Below, one piece after another: positions 1 through 8,205 of a stretch of 32,000 bases of DNA. This DNA comes from Bacillus benzoevorans (GTDB lineage: Bacteria; Bacillota; Bacilli; Bacillales; Cytobacillaceae), in contig NZ_JACHGK010000016.1 in assembly GCF_014207535.1 (NCBI RefSeq), positions 33,069 to 65,068 on the forward strand, given 5' to 3'. The notes under the pieces are model-generated. The model searched no databases, had not been told where the DNA came from, and worked only from the letters and a program-made list of their open reading frames with translations. Both the position numbers and the translations under genes were made by a program. Positions within the stretch are counted from its first letter, which is position 1. Every line of letters starts with the position of its first letter.

Positions 1-790
1 TTCGTTCTTTTTTATAGTCATCTTCTGAGCTAGGAACGAAAATATGATATTTAATACCATCTTCTTCTATTACTTTAAGTCCCCATTCTCTATATTTGAA
101 TTTCCCCCAAATATCAACAAGTATATTCCTTTGAAGTGAGAGGTACATTATTTCTTCTAAACTTCCTATATTGTATGGAGAAATATTTTCATGATCAAAT
201 TCTACCGCATTTTCAATAGACTTCTCACCTTTATAATATAAGAATCTAAACAAGGTGTTTGCTATTTCGATTAATGACTCTAGTCTATCTGATTCAGAAA
301 TCTTGATACCCTCTACATCATCTACTTCGAATTTAGCTACCTCTTTCTCCATACCAGTTAGAAATTTCTTTTCATTCGTTTGCATTTCTTTAGCTAATCT
401 ATGTTGATCCTCAATATAAATACAAAACATTTGTAGCTGTTCAGAAAGAGAATATTCAAAAAAACTATTCTCATTTAATCTTTCCTCGTTACTTTTAGAA
501 TTTTGGCTTATAATATTTATTGCCTCAGATAATTGAATAAATTCACTAGCGTACTTTGAAATATCAACATTTTTGTCAATTAATTGCTTACCAGCAAGAA
601 GGAATGCTAGGCGAAGTGTTTTTAATTTCTCATTAGAAAATGATTTTCCCATAGGTTCAGGTAAACTATTACTTAAAAGTAAACTTTTCTTAAATTTATC
701 TGGTTTTTCTAAGTATAAGTTTACAAGAATAGCAGCAGCTTCTGTTGCATTAGAATCAATTAAAGCGTTTTTAAACTTCTTTAAATTCAT
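1..790 (-). CDS. hypothetical protein, N-terminal 263 codons (3' end beyond the left window edge)
   Basis: Absent from the supplied track, presumably because it has no stop in the window. From ATG at 790-788 (MNLKKFKNALIDSNATEAAAILV...) I checked every minus-strand codon down to position 2 and found no stop. GGGGA Shine-Dalgarno at 799-803, 8 nt upstream. No family recognised. Confidence 0.6.
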   Translation of the reverse strand, partial: MNLKKFKNALIDSNATEAAAILVNLYLEKPDKFKKSLLLSNSLPEPMGKSFSNEKLKTLRLAFLLAGKQLIDKNVDISKYASEFIQLSEAINIISQNSKSNEERLNENSFFEYSLSEQLQMFCIYIEDQHRLAKEMQTNEKKFLTGMEKEVAKFEVDDVEGIKISESDRLESLIEIANTLFRFLYYKGEKSIENAVEFDHENISPYNIGSLEEIMYLSLQRNILVDIWGKFKYREWGLKVIEEDGIKYHIFVPSSEDDYKKER

Positions 791-1280
791 TTTTAAATTC
801 CCCTTAGTAAGATGCATTAAGTTAATTATTTGCATAATACAAATTATAAAAATAATATATTCCGTTATAAGATATCTATTATGATTACCTAAATCAACAC
901 AAAATCCTGCTATAAGACAATGAACCAAATGAATAAGTTTCTTAAATTGAAAATAATAATCTAATCAGTCAATCTTTTAAGCGTTTTCCTTTTAATAATT
1001 TGTTTATAGAATTTAAAAGATTAATCTTATTACCTCGTGTTAATCCCTTATTAATGAATAAAGAGACTATTTGAATTTTTGTTGTATCCACAACAATCTT
1101 GGCCTTTTAATTCAATACGCCACCTTCACAAGTTTGTATAAATATTAGTGGTTATACAAGAATTCACTTTATATAAATTCTTTATTTTTATAAACATACT
1201 GTCAAATCATACATCAATTAATTCCGGAAACATGGGGTAAAACATGAATACTAATGCTGAAGATATATCTTTTAAAAACC

Positions 1281-3479
1281 TTATAATTCTTTAAACTTAC
1301 GTGAATTCCCTATCTTCTCTCTAGTATTTTTAAGAAGTTTATATGACGACTCTGGTAACATTTGAAACTGTTCAGGACCTATAACATGTGTTATCACTTT
1401 TGTTAACTCTTTATTTTTGTTCATTCCCACCAATACGCAATACGCTGGCTCATCTTCAAAAACAACTCTCTCCATTAAAAACCGTTTACGTTGAACTACA
1501 TCCTTAAATAATTTATTGGACGCGTGAAGTAGGAATATCATTATAACGGGTAATTCACTGATTCTATCTTCCTTTTTAAAGTTGAATGCCATATATGGAG
1601 TTAATATTGCTTTGCGATTTTTAAATTCTGCAAGCCTTTTACTTCTTGATAAAAGAAACTCATTAATATTATCCCTCGAATATGAATCTAATAAAAGAAG
1701 GTATCTTGCAGCTCGTATACACAAATGATCTTTTGTACCATCTAGTAAATTAATTAGTTGTTCAAACATGAAATCCATCTCTTGTTTAGGCTTTGGTGCA
1801 GGTCCAATTAAGAGATCAAGAAAACTTTCCCCTTCACCATCATCAAGATCGGAGTTGATTTTTCTTGCCATGTAGGCATCAATTTCATCTCTATGACTAG
1901 CAATAAATATTTCACCTATGTCTTCTTCATCAGCAATCTCTTGAATACGCGTAGAATAGTCATTATATGCAAAATACATCCCTATATGGTCCAATTCATC
2001 ATTAACCTTTATATAAGGATTCTTAGCAGCATGACTCCTTTGATATAGATAATTTAAGAACAAACTTGGAGAATCAAAAAGCTCAGGGTATACTCTCAAA
2101 TCGTTAACAGAAACACACCAAACAGGCAGATCGCTATTTTGAATAAATTCCGTCTTTTCAATTTGAGATGCAATTTCGTTAAAATCATCTAATGTGACAC
2201 AACAAGCTTGTATAAATTTAATATTTTCAATAGAAGTAATTAATTTATAACGCTTTTTAGTCTCTTTTTGATAAATTTCTAACTTCCCTACCCTTCTATA
2301 TTCTTCAAAAAGTCGTAAGGATTGTTCATAAGGATTTTTTGCTAAGTCATTTAATGATTTTTTGTAGGCTTCTTCATCCGAAAAAGGTGAAACGGGTGAC
2401 AATGCCCCACCCTTCACTTCTGTAATAATCATTACATCATCAAATAAAATAATACCATCACATTCACACCATTCATTTTTTCCATTTGCACCAACTGGAG
2501 CTTTGTAAAAGATATTTTGAAACATTTGAGATGTGGGCAAGATGGTTTTAAAAAACCTAAAAGGTAATGACTCCGATAGATCCTTTTGAATGTCATTAAT
2601 CCTATTTGAAATACTACTTTTCTTTCTACGCATAGCTCTTAATACCGTTCTATAAAAGTTATCAATTAAATTATCTATGGAAAAACAGTAATATTTACCA
2701 CCAATACCAATGAAGGGATTGTATTTTATCGGAGGCTCCTTTAGCATCACTTGAAGGTCACTTTTGTAAAAGTCTTTGTATTCGCCTTGTTGAAGTGATA
2801 ATTCCCGAATAAATTCTATTGGCCATCCTGTAATATCTTTAACATTAAAGTATTCGGCTAGATTTAACAATTCACCTTCTGATACTTCTTCTGGCGAAAT
2901 GCCACTATCTATCAAAGCTTCCATAAATCCCATAGTACGTAAATTTCTGCTGATTGCTAAAAGGCCTTCTACCAGATCAAAGCTTGTTATGCCAAAGATA
3001 TCATTTAAAAGATCTGTGTACGGAGATAACATATCTGTAAAATGTTCTTTTTCAAAAAAAGGATACAATGATCCAGAAACGTTCATTTGCATACCTTGTG
3101 AATACTTAATTAATTCATCCTTTGGTGCGAAGTTTACATAAACAGTTGCAGCAGTAAAAAGCTTCTCTAGTTCCTCTATATAGCAAGTTATTTCATCTAA
3201 ATTTAAGCACACAGTTCCTACATTTACATCACTAGTCACTAAAAGACTTTGTGTGAAATCAAGCAATTTGTTCTCATAAGGCTTAACATTACCGTGAACC
3301 GATGCCTCTATGTCCCCAAAATGGTTAAAAAACTTATGCCCATGCAATTGAATCAAAGTAATTAAAGGATTGGCTTTAGAAATTGTGCTTCTTATCTTTG
3401 TAAGACTTTCAGCTATGTTTTTCTCCAACTTTGTTATATCCATAAAAGGCAACATATCTATTGAATCATTTACTGACAT
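1281..3479 (-). CDS. large hypothetical protein with a putative PD-(D/E)xK nuclease core
   Basis: 732-aa ORF. Residues 336-356, EWCECDGIILFDDVMIITEVK (about nt 2412-2474), fit the E...D-x(12)-E-x-K restriction-endonuclease-fold pattern, flanked by long helical N- and C-terminal regions. No named family recognised. Confidence 0.7.
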   Translation of the reverse strand: MSVNDSIDMLPFMDITKLEKNIAESLTKIRSTISKANPLITLIQLHGHKFFNHFGDIEASVHGNVKPYENKLLDFTQSLLVTSDVNVGTVCLNLDEITCYIEELEKLFTAATVYVNFAPKDELIKYSQGMQMNVSGSLYPFFEKEHFTDMLSPYTDLLNDIFGITSFDLVEGLLAISRNLRTMGFMEALIDSGISPEEVSEGELLNLAEYFNVKDITGWPIEFIRELSLQQGEYKDFYKSDLQVMLKEPPIKYNPFIGIGGKYYCFSIDNLIDNFYRTVLRAMRRKKSSISNRINDIQKDLSESLPFRFFKTILPTSQMFQNIFYKAPVGANGKNEWCECDGIILFDDVMIITEVKGGALSPVSPFSDEEAYKKSLNDLAKNPYEQSLRLFEEYRRVGKLEIYQKETKKRYKLITSIENIKFIQACCVTLDDFNEIASQIEKTEFIQNSDLPVWCVSVNDLRVYPELFDSPSLFLNYLYQRSHAAKNPYIKVNDELDHIGMYFAYNDYSTRIQEIADEEDIGEIFIASHRDEIDAYMARKINSDLDDGEGESFLDLLIGPAPKPKQEMDFMFEQLINLLDGTKDHLCIRAARYLLLLDSYSRDNINEFLLSRSKRLAEFKNRKAILTPYMAFNFKKEDRISELPVIMIFLLHASNKLFKDVVQRKRFLMERVVFEDEPAYCVLVGMNKNKELTKVITHVIGPEQFQMLPESSYKLLKNTREKIGNSRKFKEL

Positions 3480-3711
3480 CGCTCCGTCTCCTTACCCTTT
3501 ACTTTTATTATTTCGTTTGGAACATCCGATTAAGTTTATTAATGTTCCCCCTCAACAATATGCATTCCGTACACTTCTCCCAACTAAAACTTACCTATAT
3601 ACTTACTATTATACGGAATATTACCAGAAAACTACATATAAAAAGGAACAAATGTTCTGTAACTAATTTAATATTATTAATTTCAATGACATCTAATTAC
3701 AGAGGTGAACT

Positions 3712-4461
3712 ATGGGAAATAAGGAGAATAGCTACTCTTTTGAGGACTTAATAATCAAAATTATTCATGAAGAAATGCTTATGCTTAGAAACCATTTGTC
3801 CCAAATGAAAAATCCTACTTCAAAAAGGTATATAACAATGAACGAGGCTGTAAGTTCCACAGGAATCAGTTCATCTGTATTGCGGCAATTAACATACTCA
3901 AGGGCAATGCCACATTTAAAGGTAAAAGGGAGAATTATCTTTGATGAGAACGCAATAAAAGAAACTGTTTCTGAATACAAAGAATTTGGTTGGTCAGATC
4001 CAGAAGACCAATGGGCAGTTGCAAATGTACAATCTGAAATTCTAGCTTTTGAAAAGAACAAGGAGGATTCAAAAATGATTGAAGATATACTAAGAGAAAT
4101 AATAAGAGAGGAACTTGATAAATTTTCTACAGATTTATATGCAGAAGCAAAAAAAGAAAAAACGCGTTACTATGGAAGAACAGTATTAACGGTAAAAGAA
4201 GCAGCCGAGTATTTCAGATCAAGTCCTGCTACGATATACAATTTAATAAAAGAAGAAGGAATGCCCCACTTCAAAATTCAAAGCAGATCATTTATCGTTT
4301 TGGAAGAGGCGGAAGCTTTTTTATGGCGAGAGACAGCAAAGTCTTACGCTGAAAAAGGGAATATTTATTGGCAACGTATACTTCAAAATCTTGATTGGGA
4401 AGAAAAGGAGCGAAATGCAGCCTATGCTAGAGCTTTAAAAAGACTTGAAGAGGATTTCTAA
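3712..4461 (+). CDS. DNA-binding protein with two excisionase/MerR-type HTH modules
   Basis: 249-aa ORF. Two internally similar segments, ITMNEAVSSTGISSSVLRQLTYSRAMPHLKVKGRIIFDENAI and LTVKEAAEYFRSSPATIYNLIKEEGMPHFKIQSRSFIVLEEAEAF, each resemble excisionase-family HTH domains. Divergent from the 732-aa gene. Confidence 0.65.
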   Translation: MGNKENSYSFEDLIIKIIHEEMLMLRNHLSQMKNPTSKRYITMNEAVSSTGISSSVLRQLTYSRAMPHLKVKGRIIFDENAIKETVSEYKEFGWSDPEDQWAVANVQSEILAFEKNKEDSKMIEDILREIIREELDKFSTDLYAEAKKEKTRYYGRTVLTVKEAAEYFRSSPATIYNLIKEEGMPHFKIQSRSFIVLEEAEAFLWRETAKSYAEKGNIYWQRILQNLDWEEKERNAAYARALKRLEEDF

Positions 4462-4525
4462 AACATTAGGTCCCTTCCTTATATATTTTAAAAAAGGAAT
4501 GATTGGAGACGATATATATCCATTT

Positions 4526-4553
4526 AAAAGAAGCCCGCATTTGAGCTTCTTTT
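4526..4553. terminator. bidirectional intrinsic terminator between convergent genes
   Basis: AAAAGAAGC / loop CCGCATTTGA / GCTTCTTTT. The 7-bp GC-containing stem has an A-run on one side and a T-run on the other. It lies between the stops at 4461 (+) and 4641 (-). Confidence 0.5.
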
Positions 4554-4640
4554 TCCTTGCTAAATAGCTTTTTAAGGGGGGCTTAATCCGATAACAGTAT
4601 TTACCACTAGATAACTCAAGAGGGTTTAATTTGGCTTAAT

Positions 4641-6398
4641 TCAGGCATAGTAAAACTTGATCTTTTTATAATGTGGTATCTCATTCCTAAGAGCTGTACA
4701 AATATTACGATAGCTTGATATATTAAGTTCCCTAGCTGCCTCAACAGATGAAGAAAAAGTACCCAATATATTCCCATCGAGATCAGTCGCAATAATTTTA
4801 CCCTTATTCTTACCTTTCTTTACCTTACTTTTTCGTATTATTTGTTCAATTCTAGCTGTTGAAAGAGACCCATATAATTCTGATATATGTTTTTGTATTT
4901 TAATTACTTTTAAGCCCCTTTTACTTAGTTCGATAATTAATTTATCTCGCTCATCCTTTATTTCTTTTCTCAAAATTTTTGTATCTTCATACTCATGACT
5001 TAAATCAATGTCTATATATGGTTTTAGAGTTTGATTATTTAGGATTCTTCCTATTTGCCTTCTACTCAGATCGACTTTTTTGGAAATTGCCTCATGTGAT
5101 TCACCGCTTTTACGCAAATTAAAGACCTTTATGCAAAGGTTCGTATAATAATTTTGAGATTCCTTTAATAAAATCACGGGATCCTGAAGAATAGATTTAA
5201 ATTCCCGTACCTTTCTAAGTAATAGTTCCTTATTAATCAGGAATTTTTCATTTTGATCAACCCATTGAAAAATGCTCAGTTTCTTAAAACCTTCTGAAGT
5301 GATTTTATTATATCCTTCTTCTCCCAATAAGAATACAACTTCTAAATCATAGTCTTGATATTTCTTTATCTCCTTGTACAATCTAGTATGGATACTTAGT
5401 TTAATTTCAATTACTTTTTTATCTATTTTACATACTATATCTAGTCGATTATTCTGATCTTTTTGCTGAAAATCAAAATAGTCGCTATGCTCTTTTATCA
5501 TCCTTATTATACAATGCTCAACATAAATACCTAATATTCTTCTATCCTCAAGGTTATAATAGTCTTTTAGATCCTCACCACAGAAGGTTAAGAACTTATT
5601 AAAGGGCATTATATTTGTTATTGCAGCATAAAGATCTTGATATTTTTTTCTAATTACAGATGTAGTTAATGTTTCTTTTTCTTTGATTAGGCTAAAACAT
5701 GCAATACATTGACTTTTAGTCCAGAAACCGTCCATTTTCACATTTGGTAACTTTTGTTGGAACCAGTATGATGCCAAAGTCTTTTCATTCACTTTATTTT
5801 CTAACCTAGAGACGAATAATAAAATCTCTTTTGAAATTCTGCTTTTGTGGTGAAGTGGTAAATATATTTGATTTTTCTTATTAGGTGGCTTCAAGACGTA
5901 CCCAGTTTTATCCTTCGCTTTTATGGAATCAGCTTCAATTTTAAACATTCCTTCATCATAAGCCTTCTTTAGATTATTAAGGAAATCAATAAAATTTACT
6001 TCTTTAGTTGGCCTGCACTTGTCACAAACTTCGGGCTTCCCTTTAATCCTTTTATCATAATGCAGATAGTACTTGCATCTGAATATTTTATTACATGCAT
6101 CACAAATACATAATATTTCAACTTTAGAGTTCGGAAGCAAGTCACTCGGACTTACTAAAAACTCATCATTAGCTTTGGTAAACGTGTACCCTTTTTCTAT
6201 ATAATAGCTATTATATTCTTTTCTTCCAATCCACTTTGTTGGATACAGTTTTGGAAAAGTGGATTGATTACTCGTAAGGTGTTGTTTTGCCACTTCAAAA
6301 TAATCACCTAAATCTGTAAACCTATATCCAATAGATTCAAAGTGTTCTTTATTAGATTCAGTCCAATTCATTAATCCATGATCCGTAACTAATGCCAT
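4641..6398 (-). CDS. composite nuclease-like / DNA-binding protein (Cys-rich finger, PD-(D/E)xK-like core, HTHs, NUMOD1-like C-terminus)
   Basis: 585-aa ORF. Cys cluster CICDACNK...CDKC at residues 97-128. E294...D320-IV-x9-E331-I-K333 (LDIVCKIDKKVIEIK). HTH-like LRKSGESHEAISKKVDLSRRQIGRIL. C-terminal IIATDLDGNILGTFSSSVEAARELNISSYRNICTAL resembles the NUMOD1/IENR1 DNA-binding module of homing endonucleases. Confidence 0.65.
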   Translation of the reverse strand: MALVTDHGLMNWTESNKEHFESIGYRFTDLGDYFEVAKQHLTSNQSTFPKLYPTKWIGRKEYNSYYIEKGYTFTKANDEFLVSPSDLLPNSKVEILCICDACNKIFRCKYYLHYDKRIKGKPEVCDKCRPTKEVNFIDFLNNLKKAYDEGMFKIEADSIKAKDKTGYVLKPPNKKNQIYLPLHHKSRISKEILLFVSRLENKVNEKTLASYWFQQKLPNVKMDGFWTKSQCIACFSLIKEKETLTTSVIRKKYQDLYAAITNIMPFNKFLTFCGEDLKDYYNLEDRRILGIYVEHCIIRMIKEHSDYFDFQQKDQNNRLDIVCKIDKKVIEIKLSIHTRLYKEIKKYQDYDLEVVFLLGEEGYNKITSEGFKKLSIFQWVDQNEKFLINKELLLRKVREFKSILQDPVILLKESQNYYTNLCIKVFNLRKSGESHEAISKKVDLSRRQIGRILNNQTLKPYIDIDLSHEYEDTKILRKEIKDERDKLIIELSKRGLKVIKIQKHISELYGSLSTARIEQIIRKSKVKKGKNKGKIIATDLDGNILGTFSSSVEAARELNISSYRNICTALRNEIPHYKKIKFYYA

Positions 6399-6696
6399 AG
6401 TATACCACCGTCAAAATTGATTTTTCTATATTATTGGCGTGAATGGTCATTTTAATACATTGAACTAGAGGATGAGTATGTTTTTAATTTTATTAATAAG
6501 AAAAGCCCCATAGATCCTTCTCCATGAGACTTTCCTCTAATTTAATTTATGGTGGTTCTCAATGTTTTATCATTGTTAAAACATTACCCCCAAAACTTCA
6601 ATCTGTTCCTCTTCTGTTTTTGGACCTATCTCATGATAAATCATATATTTTTCAAATACCTTTTGACCTTCTGTAAATAACATAATAATCCCCATC

Positions 6697-7017
6697 CTAC
6701 ATTCCTTTAAATCTAATTTTTAATGCTTCCATGACCAATTGTTTATTGGTTAAATCGAGATAATCGATATCATTTAAATCCACCTTCACCTCGCCGTTGA
6801 ACAAATGAATGGCAAGCCGCAACATAAACTGTTCACTTTTTGACCACGGTTTCGATACCTTTAATAACTGCTTCACATGAATAAAACCATGATTCAAATC
6901 GAAATATTTAGCTGTTAAATAGTTTTGTAGTTTGCTATGGTTTTGAAATAAATTCAATACGGATGCCCATTCTGCATTAACATTGGCCATATGAGCCACA
7001 TCTTCTTTGGATATCAT
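6697..7017 (-). CDS. hypothetical protein co-transcribed with an XRE regulator
   Basis: 106-aa ORF starting 22 nt after the stop of the 69-aa XRE gene. AAGGAG upstream. No family recognised. Confidence 0.55.
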   Translation of the reverse strand: MISKEDVAHMANVNAEWASVLNLFQNHSKLQNYLTAKYFDLNHGFIHVKQLLKVSKPWSKSEQFMLRLAIHLFNGEVKVDLNDIDYLDLTNKQLVMEALKIRFKGM

Positions 7018-7039
7018 TTTCTTCTTTTCACTCCTTCAT

Positions 7040-7249
7040 CTATTCAATAATAAATAAACCGTTGAATTCCATTTGGAGTTTTTCGGTTATCTTCTTTGCA
7101 ACATCCGGAGATGGATGTTTCTTCAGATTAATAATTTGATTAAGATATGCTTCACTCGTGCTGATTTCCTTTGAAAACTGACGCTGTGAGTAACCCTTCT
7201 CCATCAAAATGATTCTAAATTGAACTGGATCCTTTAACGATATTTTCAT
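7040..7249 (-). CDS. XRE/Cro-C1 family HTH transcriptional regulator
   Basis: 69 aa. EKGYSQRQFSKEISTSEAYLNQIINLKKHPS is a classic HTH_3 helix-turn-helix. Confidence 0.85.
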   Translation of the reverse strand: MKISLKDPVQFRIILMEKGYSQRQFSKEISTSEAYLNQIINLKKHPSPDVAKKITEKLQMEFNGLFIIE

Positions 7250-7385
7250 TTATGTCGCCTTTCTTTTAAAAAGTAGATGCTTTGTTTTAACTCTTGATTA
7301 CATATTATTACCGGATACCTCTCTCAACAAATGGGAGTTTGAGAGGCTTAACTTAAACTCTCATTTGACAAATTTCTTGAATGTG

Positions 7386-7598
7386 CTATTTAGTAATTTT
7401 AAATACATCATGAAAATTAAGCTTTAATACAGAGACAATTTTCTTCGCAACCGAGGGACTAGGATTCTTCTTGTCATTCATTATTTGATTTAGATAATTC
7501 TCACTCATCCCTAAGCTTTTTGAAAAAGCCCGCTGAGAATAACCTTTTTCAATTAAGGCCATCCGCAGCTTCTCCTTATTCTTTAGTACAATCTTCAT
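7386..7598 (-). CDS. XRE/Cro-C1 family HTH transcriptional regulator (paralogue of 7040-7249)
   Basis: 70 aa. EKGYSQRAFSKSLGMSENYLNQIMNDKKNPS aligns along its whole length with the neighbouring 69-aa protein. AGGAGG Shine-Dalgarno upstream. Confidence 0.85.
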   Translation of the reverse strand: MKIVLKNKEKLRMALIEKGYSQRAFSKSLGMSENYLNQIMNDKKNPSPSVAKKIVSVLKLNFHDVFKITK

Positions 7599-7625
7599 TT
7601 AGAATGGACACCTCCTACAAATAGA

Positions 7626-7693
7626 AAAGGGATAACCGCCAATAGATTCGTAGCTTTAAACTACTCGTCTTTGAATTGGGGTTATCCCTTTTT
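7626..7693. repeat. 13-bp perfect inverted repeat with a ~40-nt spacer next to the XRE gene start
   Basis: AAAAGGGATAACC (7626-7638) pairs with GGTTATCCCTTTT (about 7680-7693). It begins about 10 nt upstream of the XRE Shine-Dalgarno. Confidence 0.4.
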
Positions 7694-7907
7694 AAGAACT
7701 ATATTTTGTTTTGTATGATCTTTTGTATGAATACTATAACAGGGGTTGTTTCAGATTTTAATAGTTTCAAACATATTTTTTAAAAAGACTTTTATTTATT
7801 TTAACTGTTGCTATAAGAATGTATTCTTTTTTCTTTTCTTATTATATCCACTGCATTCTTATATTTTAAGAGATAAAAGCAAACGATTATTTTTTGAAAG
7901 TTATCTA

Positions 7908-7936
7908 TTGCCAAATGTATAATTTTATATTACTAT
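7908..7936 (+). promoter_or_regulatory. candidate sigma-A-type promoter
   Basis: TTGCCA (7908-7913), 17-nt spacer, TACTAT (7931-7936). No ORF follows before the hairpin at 7965-8027. Confidence 0.3.
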
Positions 7937-7964
7937 AACGATAACTTAATAAACGAGATAAGGG

Positions 7965-8027
7965 AAAAACCCAATCGATAGACGCCTATACAATAATATA
8001 GGTCCTATTCGGTTGGGTTTTTTTGTC
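7965..8027 (+). terminator. long hairpin plus T-run (intrinsic terminator, possibly bidirectional)
   Basis: AAAAACCCAA (7965-7974) pairs with TTGGGTTTTT (8013-8022). Inner pairing CGATAG/CCTATA...TATAGG/CTATTCG. Followed by TTTTTTTG. Confidence 0.5.
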
Positions 8028-8084
8028 GTCTATTAAGGAAAAATGCGAAAGTAGTGATGTGGTATGTAGCATACAAAAAAAGAT

Positions 8085-8178
8085 TTAGGGGCATTAGGGT
8101 ACTCGCTTAGATTTATCTACCCCTGACCCAAAGCCTTGCTAATAAAGGGATGCTGATCCATTAGGGGAATTAAGGTAC
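8085..8178 (+). promoter_or_regulatory. pair of 18-nt direct repeats upstream of the first DUF3987-like gene
   Basis: TTAGGGGCATTAGGGTAC (8085-8102) and TTAGGGGAATTAAGGTAC (8161-8178) match at 16/18 positions, 76 nt apart. The second ends 28 nt before ATG 8206. Confidence 0.3.
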
Positions 8179-8205
8179 AAAATAACATTAGAAGGAGCAA
8201 TCACG

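Noticed and set aside
573-884. 103-aa plus-strand ORF from the track
   Set aside because: It lies antisense to the uninterrupted minus-strand frame 2-790, which has a good Shine-Dalgarno and start. Its sequence is low-complexity (Ile/Lys/Phe-rich) and it has no Shine-Dalgarno. I treat it as a shadow ORF.
2899-4061. Track ORFs 2899-3141(+), 3370-3666(+), 3461-3751(+) and 3765-4061(-)
   Set aside because: These are shadow or intergenic ORFs overlapping the 732-aa and 249-aa genes or their divergent promoter region. They are AT-codon-driven and hydrophobic or low-complexity, with no ribosome-binding sites.
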